DNA of 64,000 nucleotides from a virus. Taxonomy: Duplodnaviria; Caudoviricetes. The stretch is taken from the IMG/VR virus record IMGVR_UViG_3300011008_002712. One strand, given 5' to 3'. The position numbers were made by a program, and so were the translations under genes. The stretch's first letter is position 1. Each line of letters begins with the position of its first letter. Under the pieces are notes generated by a model. It was not told the origin of the DNA. It saw only the letters and a list, made by a program, of their open reading frames with translations, and made no database searches. This document shows positions 33,570 to 42,776 of the stretch, piece by piece.

Positions 33570-33756
33570 TCTTATTCTCCTTATTAACGTTTTCTAAACT
33601 TTTTAATAACTGATCATCCTTATAAAAAAATAAATCATTTGTAGCATTTTCCAATGGCAACGATATTAACATTTGAAAAAACCTCATATCAGGATGTTTT
33701 TCCCAATAATTCTTCAATTCATTTAAAATGACTGGTATTCTTTTGGGATTTCTCAT
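33562..33756 (-). CDS. Small conserved phage protein (MRNPKRI...W...PD.RF.Q type)
   Basis: Recognisable motif; AGGAG RBS. Confidence 0.65.
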   Translation of the reverse strand: MRNPKRIPVILNELKNYWEKHPDMRFFQMLISLPLENATNDLFFYKDDQLLKSLENVNKENKNV

Positions 33757-33821
33757 GTAATCCTCTCCTTTTAAAATTTATTTTTTTTTATTTTATCTAA
33801 AATAATTAGAGGTGATATATT

Positions 33822-34145
33822 TTGGCAAAAAAAATCAAAGTAGATACTTCATTATTCAAAAAAATAAATAATGAATTTAATGAAAAACTTGCAACAGCAC
33901 TCATGGAAGTGAATATAGATACGTTAGAAAAACTTCATTATAAGGTAGTTAATGATTATATCAATTATCTTAATATGCCACTAAAAAAACAAAATATCTA
34001 TTACGAAAGAATTATTGGCGAAATAGATCTTCTTATTACTTTTGGCAAAGCAATACATGCATTTGAAGAAACTATGACATTCAAAACATTAGAAAATAAA
34101 ATAAGAGAATTAGCTCAAAAAGTACTAAAAAGTGAAACAAAATAA
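33822..34145 (+). CDS. Hypothetical protein
   Basis: GAGGTG RBS; followed by a hairpin near 34163-34188. Confidence 0.55.
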   Translation: MAKKIKVDTSLFKKINNEFNEKLATALMEVNIDTLEKLHYKVVNDYINYLNMPLKKQNIYYERIIGEIDLLITFGKAIHAFEETMTFKTLENKIRELAQKVLKSETK

Positions 34146-34207
34146 GTTTTGTAATTTAAACTAAAGGCGAAGAATTTTTCTTCGCCTTAATTTTATTTAA
34201 ACTATTT

Positions 34208-34945
34208 TTATATGTCTTTTGCAACAAATTCTGGCATCAATTGCAATTTAAATCTATTATTCAAATGCATTTTATCTATCTTATTTTTAACTATTTCATT
34301 TTCAATTTCTCCAGTTTTGATGTATCTATCTAAAACATCATAACTAAATCCAAAATTGTCTTCATCTGTTTTACCACATAATCCATCACTTGGCGCTTTA
34401 TTGACAAATTTATCTGGAATTCCAAGATACATTCCGATTTGTTTTATTTCAGTCACTGTCAAATTAGCTAATGGTGAAAAGTCTCCAGCTGCGTCTCCAT
34501 ATCTAGTAGAATATCCGATATAATTCTCTGATAAATTGCAAGTATTTACAACTCTTCCATTAAAACTTTGAGAAACAGCATATAATGTAGACATTCTTAT
34601 GCGTGCCGGCAAATTTATCATTGTCTGATGAGAAATCTTTATATCACAATGATTCATTTGATCTATTACTGAGTCAACAGAACCTTGTATATTGATGATA
34701 AAATTTTTTATTTTCAAGTATTCAACAACTTCTTTAGCAATATCTATATCATTTTGAATACCATTTGGCATTAAAACGCCTATTACTCTTTCGTTTCCTA
34801 AAGCTTCTACACATAATTTCGCTGCTATCGTAGAATCTTTTCCTCCGGATATTCCAATTATAGCATTACAACCATTGCCATTTATTTCAAAAAATTTTCT
34901 AATCCATTCAATGCAATCATTTGTAATTTTTTCAACATTCATCAT
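34208..34945 (-). CDS. nadE: NH3-dependent NAD+ synthetase
   Basis: IGISGGKDS P-loop, NLPARIRM, GYSTRYGD, KAPSDGL...TDED. Confidence 0.9.
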   Translation of the reverse strand: MMNVEKITNDCIEWIRKFFEINGNGCNAIIGISGGKDSTIAAKLCVEALGNERVIGVLMPNGIQNDIDIAKEVVEYLKIKNFIINIQGSVDSVIDQMNHCDIKISHQTMINLPARIRMSTLYAVSQSFNGRVVNTCNLSENYIGYSTRYGDAAGDFSPLANLTVTEIKQIGMYLGIPDKFVNKAPSDGLCGKTDEDNFGFSYDVLDRYIKTGEIENEIVKNKIDKMHLNNRFKLQLMPEFVAKDI

Positions 34946-34958
34946 AAATCATCCTTTC

Positions 34959-36296
34959 TTATGTTAATCCTAATCTCTTATCAAATTCTTTATCCCATTT
35001 TTTATATGCATTATCATTTATTTTTCCATAAATTAATTCATGTTCTTCTTTCGTTATCAACATTTTTCTTGCATCTTCTACAGAATAGACATTTTTCAAG
35101 TTTTTTAGTTTAGGTGTAACGCTTTCTATTAATTTGATTTTTTTATTGAACCATTTATAGATACGAACATACTTATTCAAATCTATTAAATGAATCTTGA
35201 TATTTGGATAACTTTTCAACAACAAATTAATCTTATTTTTTGCATCATCAATCCATCCGCCCTTTATTTCATATATGATGTTTCTTTTTACATCATAAAA
35301 ATCAATCAGATATCTTTTTCCACTTTCTAATTTTATAGACCTTGCTTCAAATCTGTAATCTCTCTTCAAATAAAGCAAAATGATAGCAAAATTTAACTCC
35401 CAACTTGAACGAAAATAATGAGGCACATATTTTACATATCCGCATAAAAAGTGGCCACACGGATTATTTTTCCCATTTATCATTGACAAAGAAATAGAAT
35501 TTGACATCTTTTCTCTTGATAAAAGAGAATGTTTTTTATTTTTCATTCCATTTTTCAATGGTTTTATTTTTATTCCAAACTTGATGTTTTTAGCAGAATA
35601 TGAAGATGAGCAATGTTTAGAACAAAATTCAGATTTATTAGACAAAAATTTCTTTCCACAGTTTTTACATATTTTTGTTTTTAATTTTTTCTTTATCCCA
35701 AATTCTCTTTCGCACTTAGAAGAGCAATACTTTATTCCAATGATTGGTTCTATCGGATAGAAAACTTTTCCACAATTGATGCATATGCACTTCAATTTTT
35801 CATGTGTTTTTAGATCAGCTTTATCTATTTCATTATAGAATTTTTGTTTGCATTTATTCGAACAAAAAATGACATATTCTTTGTCTATGGTGTTCAACAA
35901 AAATTCTTTGCCACAGCATTTGCATTTTCTTTTTATTTTAGAAGAACGTGATTCGATAAAACATTCTTCACTACAAAATTTAGAATTATTTCTTGCATTA
36001 ATAAATTTTTTTTTACAATTTTTACACGTTCTTATGCAATCACTATGATTAGTATAATCATTTAGTGAAACTGCATAAACATTATTAATGCAAAATACAT
36101 ATTTATCACTTGTTTCTTCTTTTACTATTTTTCTTGATGAAATTTCATTATATAAATCTTTATTCTTTGCAATGTCTTCTAAATTTCTTTTTCTATTTCT
36201 AAATTTCGTTGAACAAGATAAACTGCAAAACTTATTTTTAGAAGAATATGAAATAAATTCTTTTTCACACCATTCACAAATATGTTTATATTCCAA
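34959..36296 (-). CDS. Homing-endonuclease-like protein with five CxxC..F..(F/Y)CS Zn-finger repeats and a C-terminal PD-(D/E)XK domain
   Basis: Repeated CxxCxKxF...CS; FRSSWELNFA...YLIDFY...YEIKG. Confidence 0.65.
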   Translation of the reverse strand: MEYKHICEWCEKEFISYSSKNKFCSLSCSTKFRNRKRNLEDIAKNKDLYNEISSRKIVKEETSDKYVFCINNVYAVSLNDYTNHSDCIRTCKNCKKKFINARNNSKFCSEECFIESRSSKIKRKCKCCGKEFLLNTIDKEYVIFCSNKCKQKFYNEIDKADLKTHEKLKCICINCGKVFYPIEPIIGIKYCSSKCEREFGIKKKLKTKICKNCGKKFLSNKSEFCSKHCSSSYSAKNIKFGIKIKPLKNGMKNKKHSLLSREKMSNSISLSMINGKNNPCGHFLCGYVKYVPHYFRSSWELNFAIILLYLKRDYRFEARSIKLESGKRYLIDFYDVKRNIIYEIKGGWIDDAKNKINLLLKSYPNIKIHLIDLNKYVRIYKWFNKKIKLIESVTPKLKNLKNVYSVEDARKMLITKEEHELIYGKINDNAYKKWDKEFDKRLGLT

Positions 36297-36388
36297 AAAA
36301 TTTTTACCTCTTTTTCATTTATGAAAGTATAAAAAATTCCTCCCTGATAATTATAAAACCAGGGAGAATAAATGTACATAATTTTTTG

Positions 36389-36958
36389 TTATCTGTAGAC
36401 CCACATCCGTGAACTGTACGAGCGAATTGCAACATTTGAGCCTAATCCTCCAATTCCAGCACTTCTAATACCAGATGCAGAAGGACGCGCTACAGATTGT
36501 TTAGCTGTTGTTAAACTAGCATCATATGCAGATTTCAAAGCACCAACAACAGATAAGTATTTTGACGGAAGATCTAATGACAAAGATATACCATTATCGC
36601 TATACGAAAACGTCTCACCGCTTTGATAAACACTTTCAGCTATCAATGCGTATATAAATGCTCCTGTTAAAACGCATCCAGTAATACCAACAGGAAAGTT
36701 ATTTATGGTAAATGCTGTTACTGTACCGCCAGATGCATTAAAATTATCCATAGAAATATTAATATAAATAAGTAGAAGTTCATCGCTCCATCTTTCACCA
36801 TAATTAGCTTCTACTAACGTGTTCAATGTTCGTTGACTATATCGTGGAGAATCTTTCAGCATTGCTCTTAACTTATGGACTAATTCTTTTTCTATATCTG
36901 TCATTGGAGCAATTACATTATCTTCTGAAGATTCAAGAATAATTGCCATTCCAATCAC
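36389..36958 (-). CDS. Putative head-tail adaptor (neck) protein
   Basis: LRAMLKD...WSDELL...FSYSDNGISLSLD pattern; upstream of the neck/tail genes. Confidence 0.5.
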   Translation of the reverse strand: MIGMAIILESSEDNVIAPMTDIEKELVHKLRAMLKDSPRYSQRTLNTLVEANYGERWSDELLLIYINISMDNFNASGGTVTAFTINNFPVGITGCVLTGAFIYALIAESVYQSGETFSYSDNGISLSLDLPSKYLSVVGALKSAYDASLTTAKQSVARPSASGIRSAGIGGLGSNVAIRSYSSRMWVYR

Positions 36959-37182
36959 CTCTCGTATTACCTTATAGACACTCTTATAAAAAAAATAAAA
37001 AGGAAGATTTTACTTATCTTCCTTTTTTGTCAATTCTTTCCATTCTTTTTCTGCATCAAAGGCATTTGTATAAGTTTTTGTTTCTAATCCGCATTTATAA
37101 CATTTTATTTCATATCGTGGAGGATCTGAGAACAACGCCGTCATGAATACTCTTTCTCCACATTTACATCTTAATTGTTTAT

Positions 37183-37665
37183 TCATTTTTCAACAATGGC
37201 TTCGTCAATAGATGACAATGTATAATTATCATATACATCATTAAATTTGCCATTTTCAACGGATTTTATAATAACATCTAATACTTTTTTACCAAGTTCT
37301 TCAAATGCCTTTTCTAAATCTTTTGATGTAGAAACATATTTTCCATCTTTCTTATAAACGATATATTTATCTTCTAAATTAATTTTGATATTTTTATTTT
37401 GAATTCCTTCTAATAATTCTCTTTTTGAAACAAATTCTAATGCTTCATCTAAATCGTCCATTTCAAAAACATATTCTATATCTTCAAAATCATTAGAAAT
37501 ATTCAAATTTTTCGCCGATTGAATATTACCTTGTATTTCACCAGTAACGTCACTATAATCTCTTAGTACATACTTTTTTAATAGCTCTAAATCCAACAAC
37601 CATGTTTCACCTATATATACTTCTTTAGCAGTTTTATTCAATCTTTTCAAAATTATCATCTCCAA
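37183..37665 (-). CDS. Hypothetical acidic protein
   Basis: 160-aa ORF; likely start at LKRLNKTA. Confidence 0.55.
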   Translation of the reverse strand: MEMIILKRLNKTAKEVYIGETWLLDLELLKKYVLRDYSDVTGEIQGNIQSAKNLNISNDFEDIEYVFEMDDLDEALEFVSKRELLEGIQNKNIKINLEDKYIVYKKDGKYVSTSKDLEKAFEELGKKVLDVIIKSVENGKFNDVYDNYTLSSIDEAIVEK

Positions 37666-37936
37666 TTTCTACATATTGAGGGACCAAAAACAAATTTTTA
37701 TTATTTTTACATTTTTCTAAAAATTGTTTTTGACTTAACTCGCTATCTAAATCAAAATATCTTGCGTTCGAAATAAATTTCAAGTAATTTTTTGATTCTG
37801 GATTAAAAAGTTCTCTTGCTTTATGAATAGCTCCAGCACCTCGTTGAGATGGAATAAAATTGAATGTATTTAAAACATCATTTATATCTTCTCTATTTGG
37901 AATGTACTTAAATAAAATAATGATCAATCTATTCAT
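37634..37936 (-). CDS. Hypothetical protein
   Basis: 100-aa ORF, translationally coupled to its neighbours. Confidence 0.5.
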   Translation of the reverse strand: MNRLIIILFKYIPNREDINDVLNTFNFIPSQRGAGAIHKARELFNPESKNYLKFISNARYFDLDSELSQKQFLEKCKNNKNLFLVPQYVEIGDDNFEKIE

Positions 37937-38328
37937 TAAATCATCGCCATCAAATCTTCGATTTCATATCTCTTTAACAACAAATCACTAAATTTTACTT
38001 CATTTTTATTAACAAAATACATTTTTTCAATAATGTGGTAATCATCTTCTTTTACATTAATGAATTTTATCTCAGTATTTGTACATTTTGCTAATTTTAT
38101 ATCTTCCAATACGTGATCATCAATTTCTCCAACAACCCATAATTCGTCACTATAATCAAGCAATTTTTTATTATATTCTTTTATAGTTGACGAATCTAAT
38201 TTGCATGCAACATGATATGGCAGGTTTGGATCTAATGGAAAATAACAATTCCTAAAAATAAATATATCTATGACATCTTTTGCATAATTCAAATCAAATC
38301 TATAAGAAACATAACAAGTATTATTCAA
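37936..38328 (-). CDS. DUF4406/nucleoside-deoxyribosyltransferase-like small Rossmann-fold protein
   Basis: LLDYSDELWVVGEI...DIKLA pattern. Confidence 0.4.
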   Translation of the reverse strand: MNNTCYVSYRFDLNYAKDVIDIFIFRNCYFPLDPNLPYHVACKLDSSTIKEYNKKLLDYSDELWVVGEIDDHVLEDIKLAKCTNTEIKFINVKEDDYHIIEKMYFVNKNEVKFSDLLLKRYEIEDLMAMI

Positions 38329-38636
38329 AATTTACATCTCCTTTAAAAAAAATTTTTTAATTTTTTTTAAGATTGTATTATAATATATACAATAAATCTA
38401 TTCATAAGATTTTTTGACAATTTAATAAATTCTTCTACAGGTAATTTGCTTAAAAGCAGCATCTTTATTAGAATCTATCATAATTGCATTTCCACTTTTA
38501 TCTTTGCCTGTAAAAATCATATTTCCATATCTAAAATTAATTTAATTCACCTTTTTTGTTTATTTATTCTATTTAAAAAGACATAAACTAGACATTAAAA
38601 AATAATAAATGCCACTCACATGAGTGGCATTTATAT

Positions 38637-39026
38637 TTAAAATCCAAAGTCTAACGTTTCAAAATAATCTTCATTTTGAAATATATCATTTATAATCGTT
38701 ACAGTTATCAATAGTTCTGATTGAGAAATTTCTTCGTACGTAATATCTCTTTTTTCTCCAGAAATACATCTAACATAGATTAGAACATCGTGATTATTTT
38801 TAACATCATCAAAATCATCATCTCTATCATTATAGATTTCTAAGAATTTACCATCTATGTCAGAACCAAAAAACAAATAAACGCAAGGAGCGAACAAATC
38901 ATTCTGTTTTCTATCTTTTGCCAAAACAAACATACAAATTTTTTCTTTGTTTTTTACAAAATTTTTTATTTTTTCGCCAATTACTTTAGCTTTATCATTC
39001 ATGTATTCTTTTTCAATATTATTCAT
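38637..39026 (-). CDS. Hypothetical protein, paralog of 39625-40107
   Basis: IGEKIKNFVKNKEKIC...IDGK vs IGLKLIKFAKNKINIC...INGK. Confidence 0.6.
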   Translation of the reverse strand: MNNIEKEYMNDKAKVIGEKIKNFVKNKEKICMFVLAKDRKQNDLFAPCVYLFFGSDIDGKFLEIYNDRDDDFDDVKNNHDVLIYVRCISGEKRDITYEEISQSELLITVTIINDIFQNEDYFETLDFGF

Positions 39027-39112
39027 ATTTATTCTCTCCTTATACAGCTATTTGTTGATTCTATTCTAACAAAAAATAAAACAAATGTAAATAGCAGAAA
39101 ATAAAATTTTTG

Positions 39113-39625
39113 TTATTCAATATTTACATTTCTTTCATATTGTTCAACATCTTTTTCAACTGAATTTTTTGCCATTTGATATGAACTAAATTCTCCAGTA
39201 ACATTATAACCATTAAAAAGCTGAACAATAGAAGAAAAATTTCTAATAACTTTTGCTGCTGAATCATTAAATTTTGTAACACATACTTCGCTATTCAACA
39301 AATTATCATTCGTATCATATCTCCATGATACAACAAATGTTTTTACTTCACCAGATTTTGTAAATGAATAAACCTCATTATAAAATATGATTGGATGTTT
39401 TACACCTACACCTGCTAATTGTCTTGTCCAAAACCCTTTTGAACCTTGCTGATCATCACCAGTTCCAGCCGAAACACGTTTATAGTCATCTACATACTTT
39501 TTAAATCCAGCATTTCGAATAATATCCAATACATCACTGTCATTAAAACTTGGATTATTTACATTTGGAACTTTTGCAAATCTTAATTTTAAACGCTTTT
39601 TAATTACATTCATAATTATCACCAT
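39113..39625 (-). CDS. Hypothetical protein
   Basis: 170-aa ORF. Confidence 0.55.
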   Translation of the reverse strand: MVIIMNVIKKRLKLRFAKVPNVNNPSFNDSDVLDIIRNAGFKKYVDDYKRVSAGTGDDQQGSKGFWTRQLAGVGVKHPIIFYNEVYSFTKSGEVKTFVVSWRYDTNDNLLNSEVCVTKFNDSAAKVIRNFSSIVQLFNGYNVTGEFSSYQMAKNSVEKDVEQYERNVNIE

Positions 39626-40107
39626 TATTTTAATAAATTTTTGTACTTCTTTTTAATTACTTTCTTCATCATATTTTTATCATCTTTTTGCTCAACAATA
39701 ATATCGTATAATTCATCAACAAAATTTGAAAACATAAAATCATAATCTTCTGAAGAAAACTTCTCATTTTCAGTGCAATACAATATTTCAAACAATTGAG
39801 TAGACAGTGCTTTAAAAGCAATATCATTCTTTTTGCAACATGGAACATGTCTTGTAATAATTATCATATCATACTTATCTTTTAATTCATCAAAACTATT
39901 TTCATAATCAGAAAAAACATCAACACATTTTCCATTAATTTTTGTTCCCATAAACGCTCCAACCAAATTACCAAGAATGCTTTGTTCATTAACTCCAATT
40001 GCATATATACAAATATTGATCTTATTTTTTGCAAATTTTATCAATTTTAATCCAATTTTTTCGTATATCATTTCTTTTCTCTTCATATCAAAATAATTCA
40101 TTTTCAC
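39625..40107 (-). CDS. Hypothetical protein, paralog of 38637-39026
   Basis: Collinear similarity to 38637-39026; TATAAT upstream. Confidence 0.6.
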   Translation of the reverse strand: MKMNYFDMKRKEMIYEKIGLKLIKFAKNKINICIYAIGVNEQSILGNLVGAFMGTKINGKCVDVFSDYENSFDELKDKYDMIIITRHVPCCKKNDIAFKALSTQLFEILYCTENEKFSSEDYDFMFSNFVDELYDIIVEQKDDKNMMKKVIKKKYKNLLK

Positions 40108-40307
40108 TCATCCCTAATTTCATTATAATATGTTTTTATAAAAAAGTAAATAGCCAAAATTTTTATTTGGCTATTTTAATTTTGAATAACATTATATTGT
40201 TTAACATCATTCTCTATAGACATTTTTACATCGCCAAACGATTCAAATGCTCCAATTTATCAAATTAGTTTATCAATATTATTAATTTTAAAAGAGGTGA
40301 ATAATAA

Positions 40308-40712
40308 ATGTCAGAAATTAGAAACGCATTAGATATAGCAAAAGAATCATGGCTAGGAGCAAGTTATGAACCAGACTGCCATAATGGGTGTTGCTGGGCA
40401 GCTACTATCATAGCAAGTTATTACTCTCCATGGGCAGCAAACGAATATAATCTTGGTGTTGTATATGTTCCAACATTAGTAAATCACGCAAAGAACGACA
40501 ATCTATACATTACTTTTTCAGAAAACAATTTAGAGCCTGGAGATATCATTGTATATGGCGATGAAGATCATGTAGTTGTATTTGAAGGAGATAACGAAAC
40601 AAGTTATATAGGAAATTCATCAAGCAGAGGTTATATCGTAAATGGTAGTGACTATCATTACATGGGTGGAGTTTATCCAACTGGAATCATCAAAACATCA
40701 TATTGTAAATAA
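40308..40712 (+). CDS. NlpC/P60-like (CHAP-related) Cys amidase, possible endolysin
   Basis: NGCC catalytic Cys region, LEPGDIIVYG..DHVV, GNSSS; GAGGTG RBS. Confidence 0.65.
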   Translation: MSEIRNALDIAKESWLGASYEPDCHNGCCWAATIIASYYSPWAANEYNLGVVYVPTLVNHAKNDNLYITFSENNLEPGDIIVYGDEDHVVVFEGDNETSYIGNSSSRGYIVNGSDYHYMGGVYPTGIIKTSYCK

Positions 40713-40740
40713 GCAGCTTCATTGCTGCTTATTTTTAACA

Positions 40741-41385
40741 TTATCTATTAATGTACCCTTTGTCAATCTTACCATCAATTTCTCTTATCCAACAGTTTTT
40801 AGGATTCTTTTCGGCATGGTACCACTCTGGAGAATAATGGAACCACCTAAGCAAAAACGTCCTCAATGTTGTGCCATGAGTAAAAATAAATAAAGTATTG
40901 ATATTGTGATTTTGATAATCTCTATGAATAGTTCCCATAAACTGATGAATACGTATAGCTACATCATACGGAGATTCTCCCATAGGAAGCCTTGCATAAA
41001 ATTTACCTTGATTTTCTTTTTGACGCATATATTCTGCATATTCTCGCGGGAATAATTCTCCCCATTTTTCTTCTGGAATGCAATCAAACAATCCAAAGCG
41101 TTGCTCAACAAGAGTGATATCTTCTCTTATATCATTTATGCAAAGAGATTTATTGAATTCCTCAGATGTCTGGCGAGTTCTTTTATAAGGAGAACGCCAA
41201 ATTCTTGCGTGACTCAAATCTATATTCTGTTTATCACAATAATCTTTGAGCCATGCTCCAGCTTCAAAAGCTTGTTTAATACCATTATTTGTCAAAGAAA
41301 CCAAATGATCTGGCAAACGCTCAATATCATTTTCGCCAGTATTCGCTATACTTTCTCCGTGCCGTATAAGAAACATATGAAACAT
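40741..41385 (-). CDS. Histidine phosphatase (phosphoglycerate mutase family)
   Basis: LIRHGES, SPYKRTRQT, GES, FTHG; start moved to 41385 after GAGGAG RBS. Confidence 0.85.
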   Translation of the reverse strand: MFHMFLIRHGESIANTGENDIERLPDHLVSLTNNGIKQAFEAGAWLKDYCDKQNIDLSHARIWRSPYKRTRQTSEEFNKSLCINDIREDITLVEQRFGLFDCIPEEKWGELFPREYAEYMRQKENQGKFYARLPMGESPYDVAIRIHQFMGTIHRDYQNHNINTLFIFTHGTTLRTFLLRWFHYSPEWYHAEKNPKNCWIREIDGKIDKGYINR

Positions 41386-41561
41386 TATATCACTCCTCTC
41401 TATCTTGATTATAATATAAAAAAAGATTTTATTGAACAAATTTTTGTTTTTCAAGAATTTATTTTAGTTTTACGCAAATGATTATTAACATAAAATTAAA
41501 CATTGAGGGAATAACAAAAATGTCTATTCTAGAACTAGAAACAGAAAAAAATTCTGTTTCT

Positions 41562-42164
41562 TTAATTAATTTTTTGAGCTATTTTGCTTTTTTCTATAAT
41601 CTGATTGCAAGCAACAAGTAGTTTTATCATAGAAAGTGGTTTGTTATTTTCATCTATCATCCTATCTAAAATTGTTTTAATGGAATTCTTTACAAATTCA
41701 AAAACATTTTTATTTTCGGTTATTTCTTTGTTTGATTTTGCTAATTCATCTAATAAATCATTCCGATGTTCGACAACATAATCAGAAACCTTGTTGAGAT
41801 ATTCTTTATTTTTATCATCTAATTCATTGAAAGTCTTATCGACAAAATGATCTATTGAAATATCATTTTCTTCTTCACATTGTTTTAAAATACTTTCAAA
41901 ATAATTTGAAAAATAGATGTTTCTATCATCCGAACCAAAGGAATAGTAACCAGATTTAATCAGTATAGCATATAGCGCCAAATAAATTGGTGCATGTAAT
42001 GTCAAAGATTTTTTTTCTCTCTGTTTTCTTTGCATCTTGAAATAATCTAATGGAATTGCTTTTTCATTAGACGTTTCATTATCTATTTTTTTGATTCTCT
42101 TTTTTGTTACTTTCATAGATTGCTTTCTTGCTCTCATATTACGTTTTCTTTTATTTTTATTCAT
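41562..42164 (-). CDS. Hypothetical protein with a basic N-terminus
   Basis: 200-aa ORF with GAGG RBS. Confidence 0.55.
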   Translation of the reverse strand: MNKNKRKRNMRARKQSMKVTKKRIKKIDNETSNEKAIPLDYFKMQRKQREKKSLTLHAPIYLALYAILIKSGYYSFGSDDRNIYFSNYFESILKQCEEENDISIDHFVDKTFNELDDKNKEYLNKVSDYVVEHRNDLLDELAKSNKEITENKNVFEFVKNSIKTILDRMIDENNKPLSMIKLLVACNQIIEKSKIAQKIN

Positions 42165-42181
42165 TTTTTATATCCTCATGT

Positions 42182-42517
42182 CTAATAGATCATTGTTTCT
42201 AATTGAACATCATCAGGAAGTTTTAGATTTAAATTGCATATAATGCCATACGTACTATCGCAATTATCAAATCCTTCTCCGTATACGGTTTTATACTTTC
42301 CATCATTTTGCCAACGATATGTTTTATCTAAAAAAAATTCTTTGATGCTACTTTTTACATATTCTGCATCTACTTTTAATTCATCTGCACATTGACATAT
42401 AAGCTCATCATTATCAAAAATAATCTTCTCTACATCTTTATTGCAAAAATCTTTCTTTACTGTAAGAATAAAACTAGAACTAGACGAATTTGTTATGAAA
42501 TCATGTCTAATTTTCAT
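42182..42517 (-). CDS. Phage protein of the MKIR.DF.TNSSSSSF type
   Basis: Characteristic N-terminal motif. Confidence 0.7.
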   Translation of the reverse strand: MKIRHDFITNSSSSSFILTVKKDFCNKDVEKIIFDNDELICQCADELKVDAEYVKSSIKEFFLDKTYRWQNDGKYKTVYGEGFDNCDSTYGIICNLNLKLPDDVQLETMIY

Positions 42518-42533
42518 GTTTCATTTTCCTTTC

Positions 42534-42776
42534 TTATCTAATTTCATTATTCTTTATTAAATTCGATACAAAATTTCTCATTAGCAAAGACTCATCTGTA
42601 CATTTTTTAATGCATTCACTGATTTCTAAAATATTGCCAATTTTAGAAACAACATCATTATTTAAATGATTATTCTCTGCATATTCTAATAATTGAGATG
42701 CATTATCATAAATCTCATCGTTGTATTCTTTTATTAATGACATATCGTAACTCCTTATCTCTAAGCGACTTGACAA
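42534..42776 (-). CDS. Hypothetical protein
   Basis: 80-aa ORF. Confidence 0.5.
   Translation of the reverse strand: MSSRLEIRSYDMSLIKEYNDEIYDNASQLLEYAENNHLNNDVVSKIGNILEISECIKKCTDESLLMRNFVSNLIKNNEIR

Noticed and set aside
37010-37170. Frameshifted small Zn-finger gene remnant (CKCGE...KCYKCG) on the minus strand
   Set aside because: It is too short and broken to call confidently.
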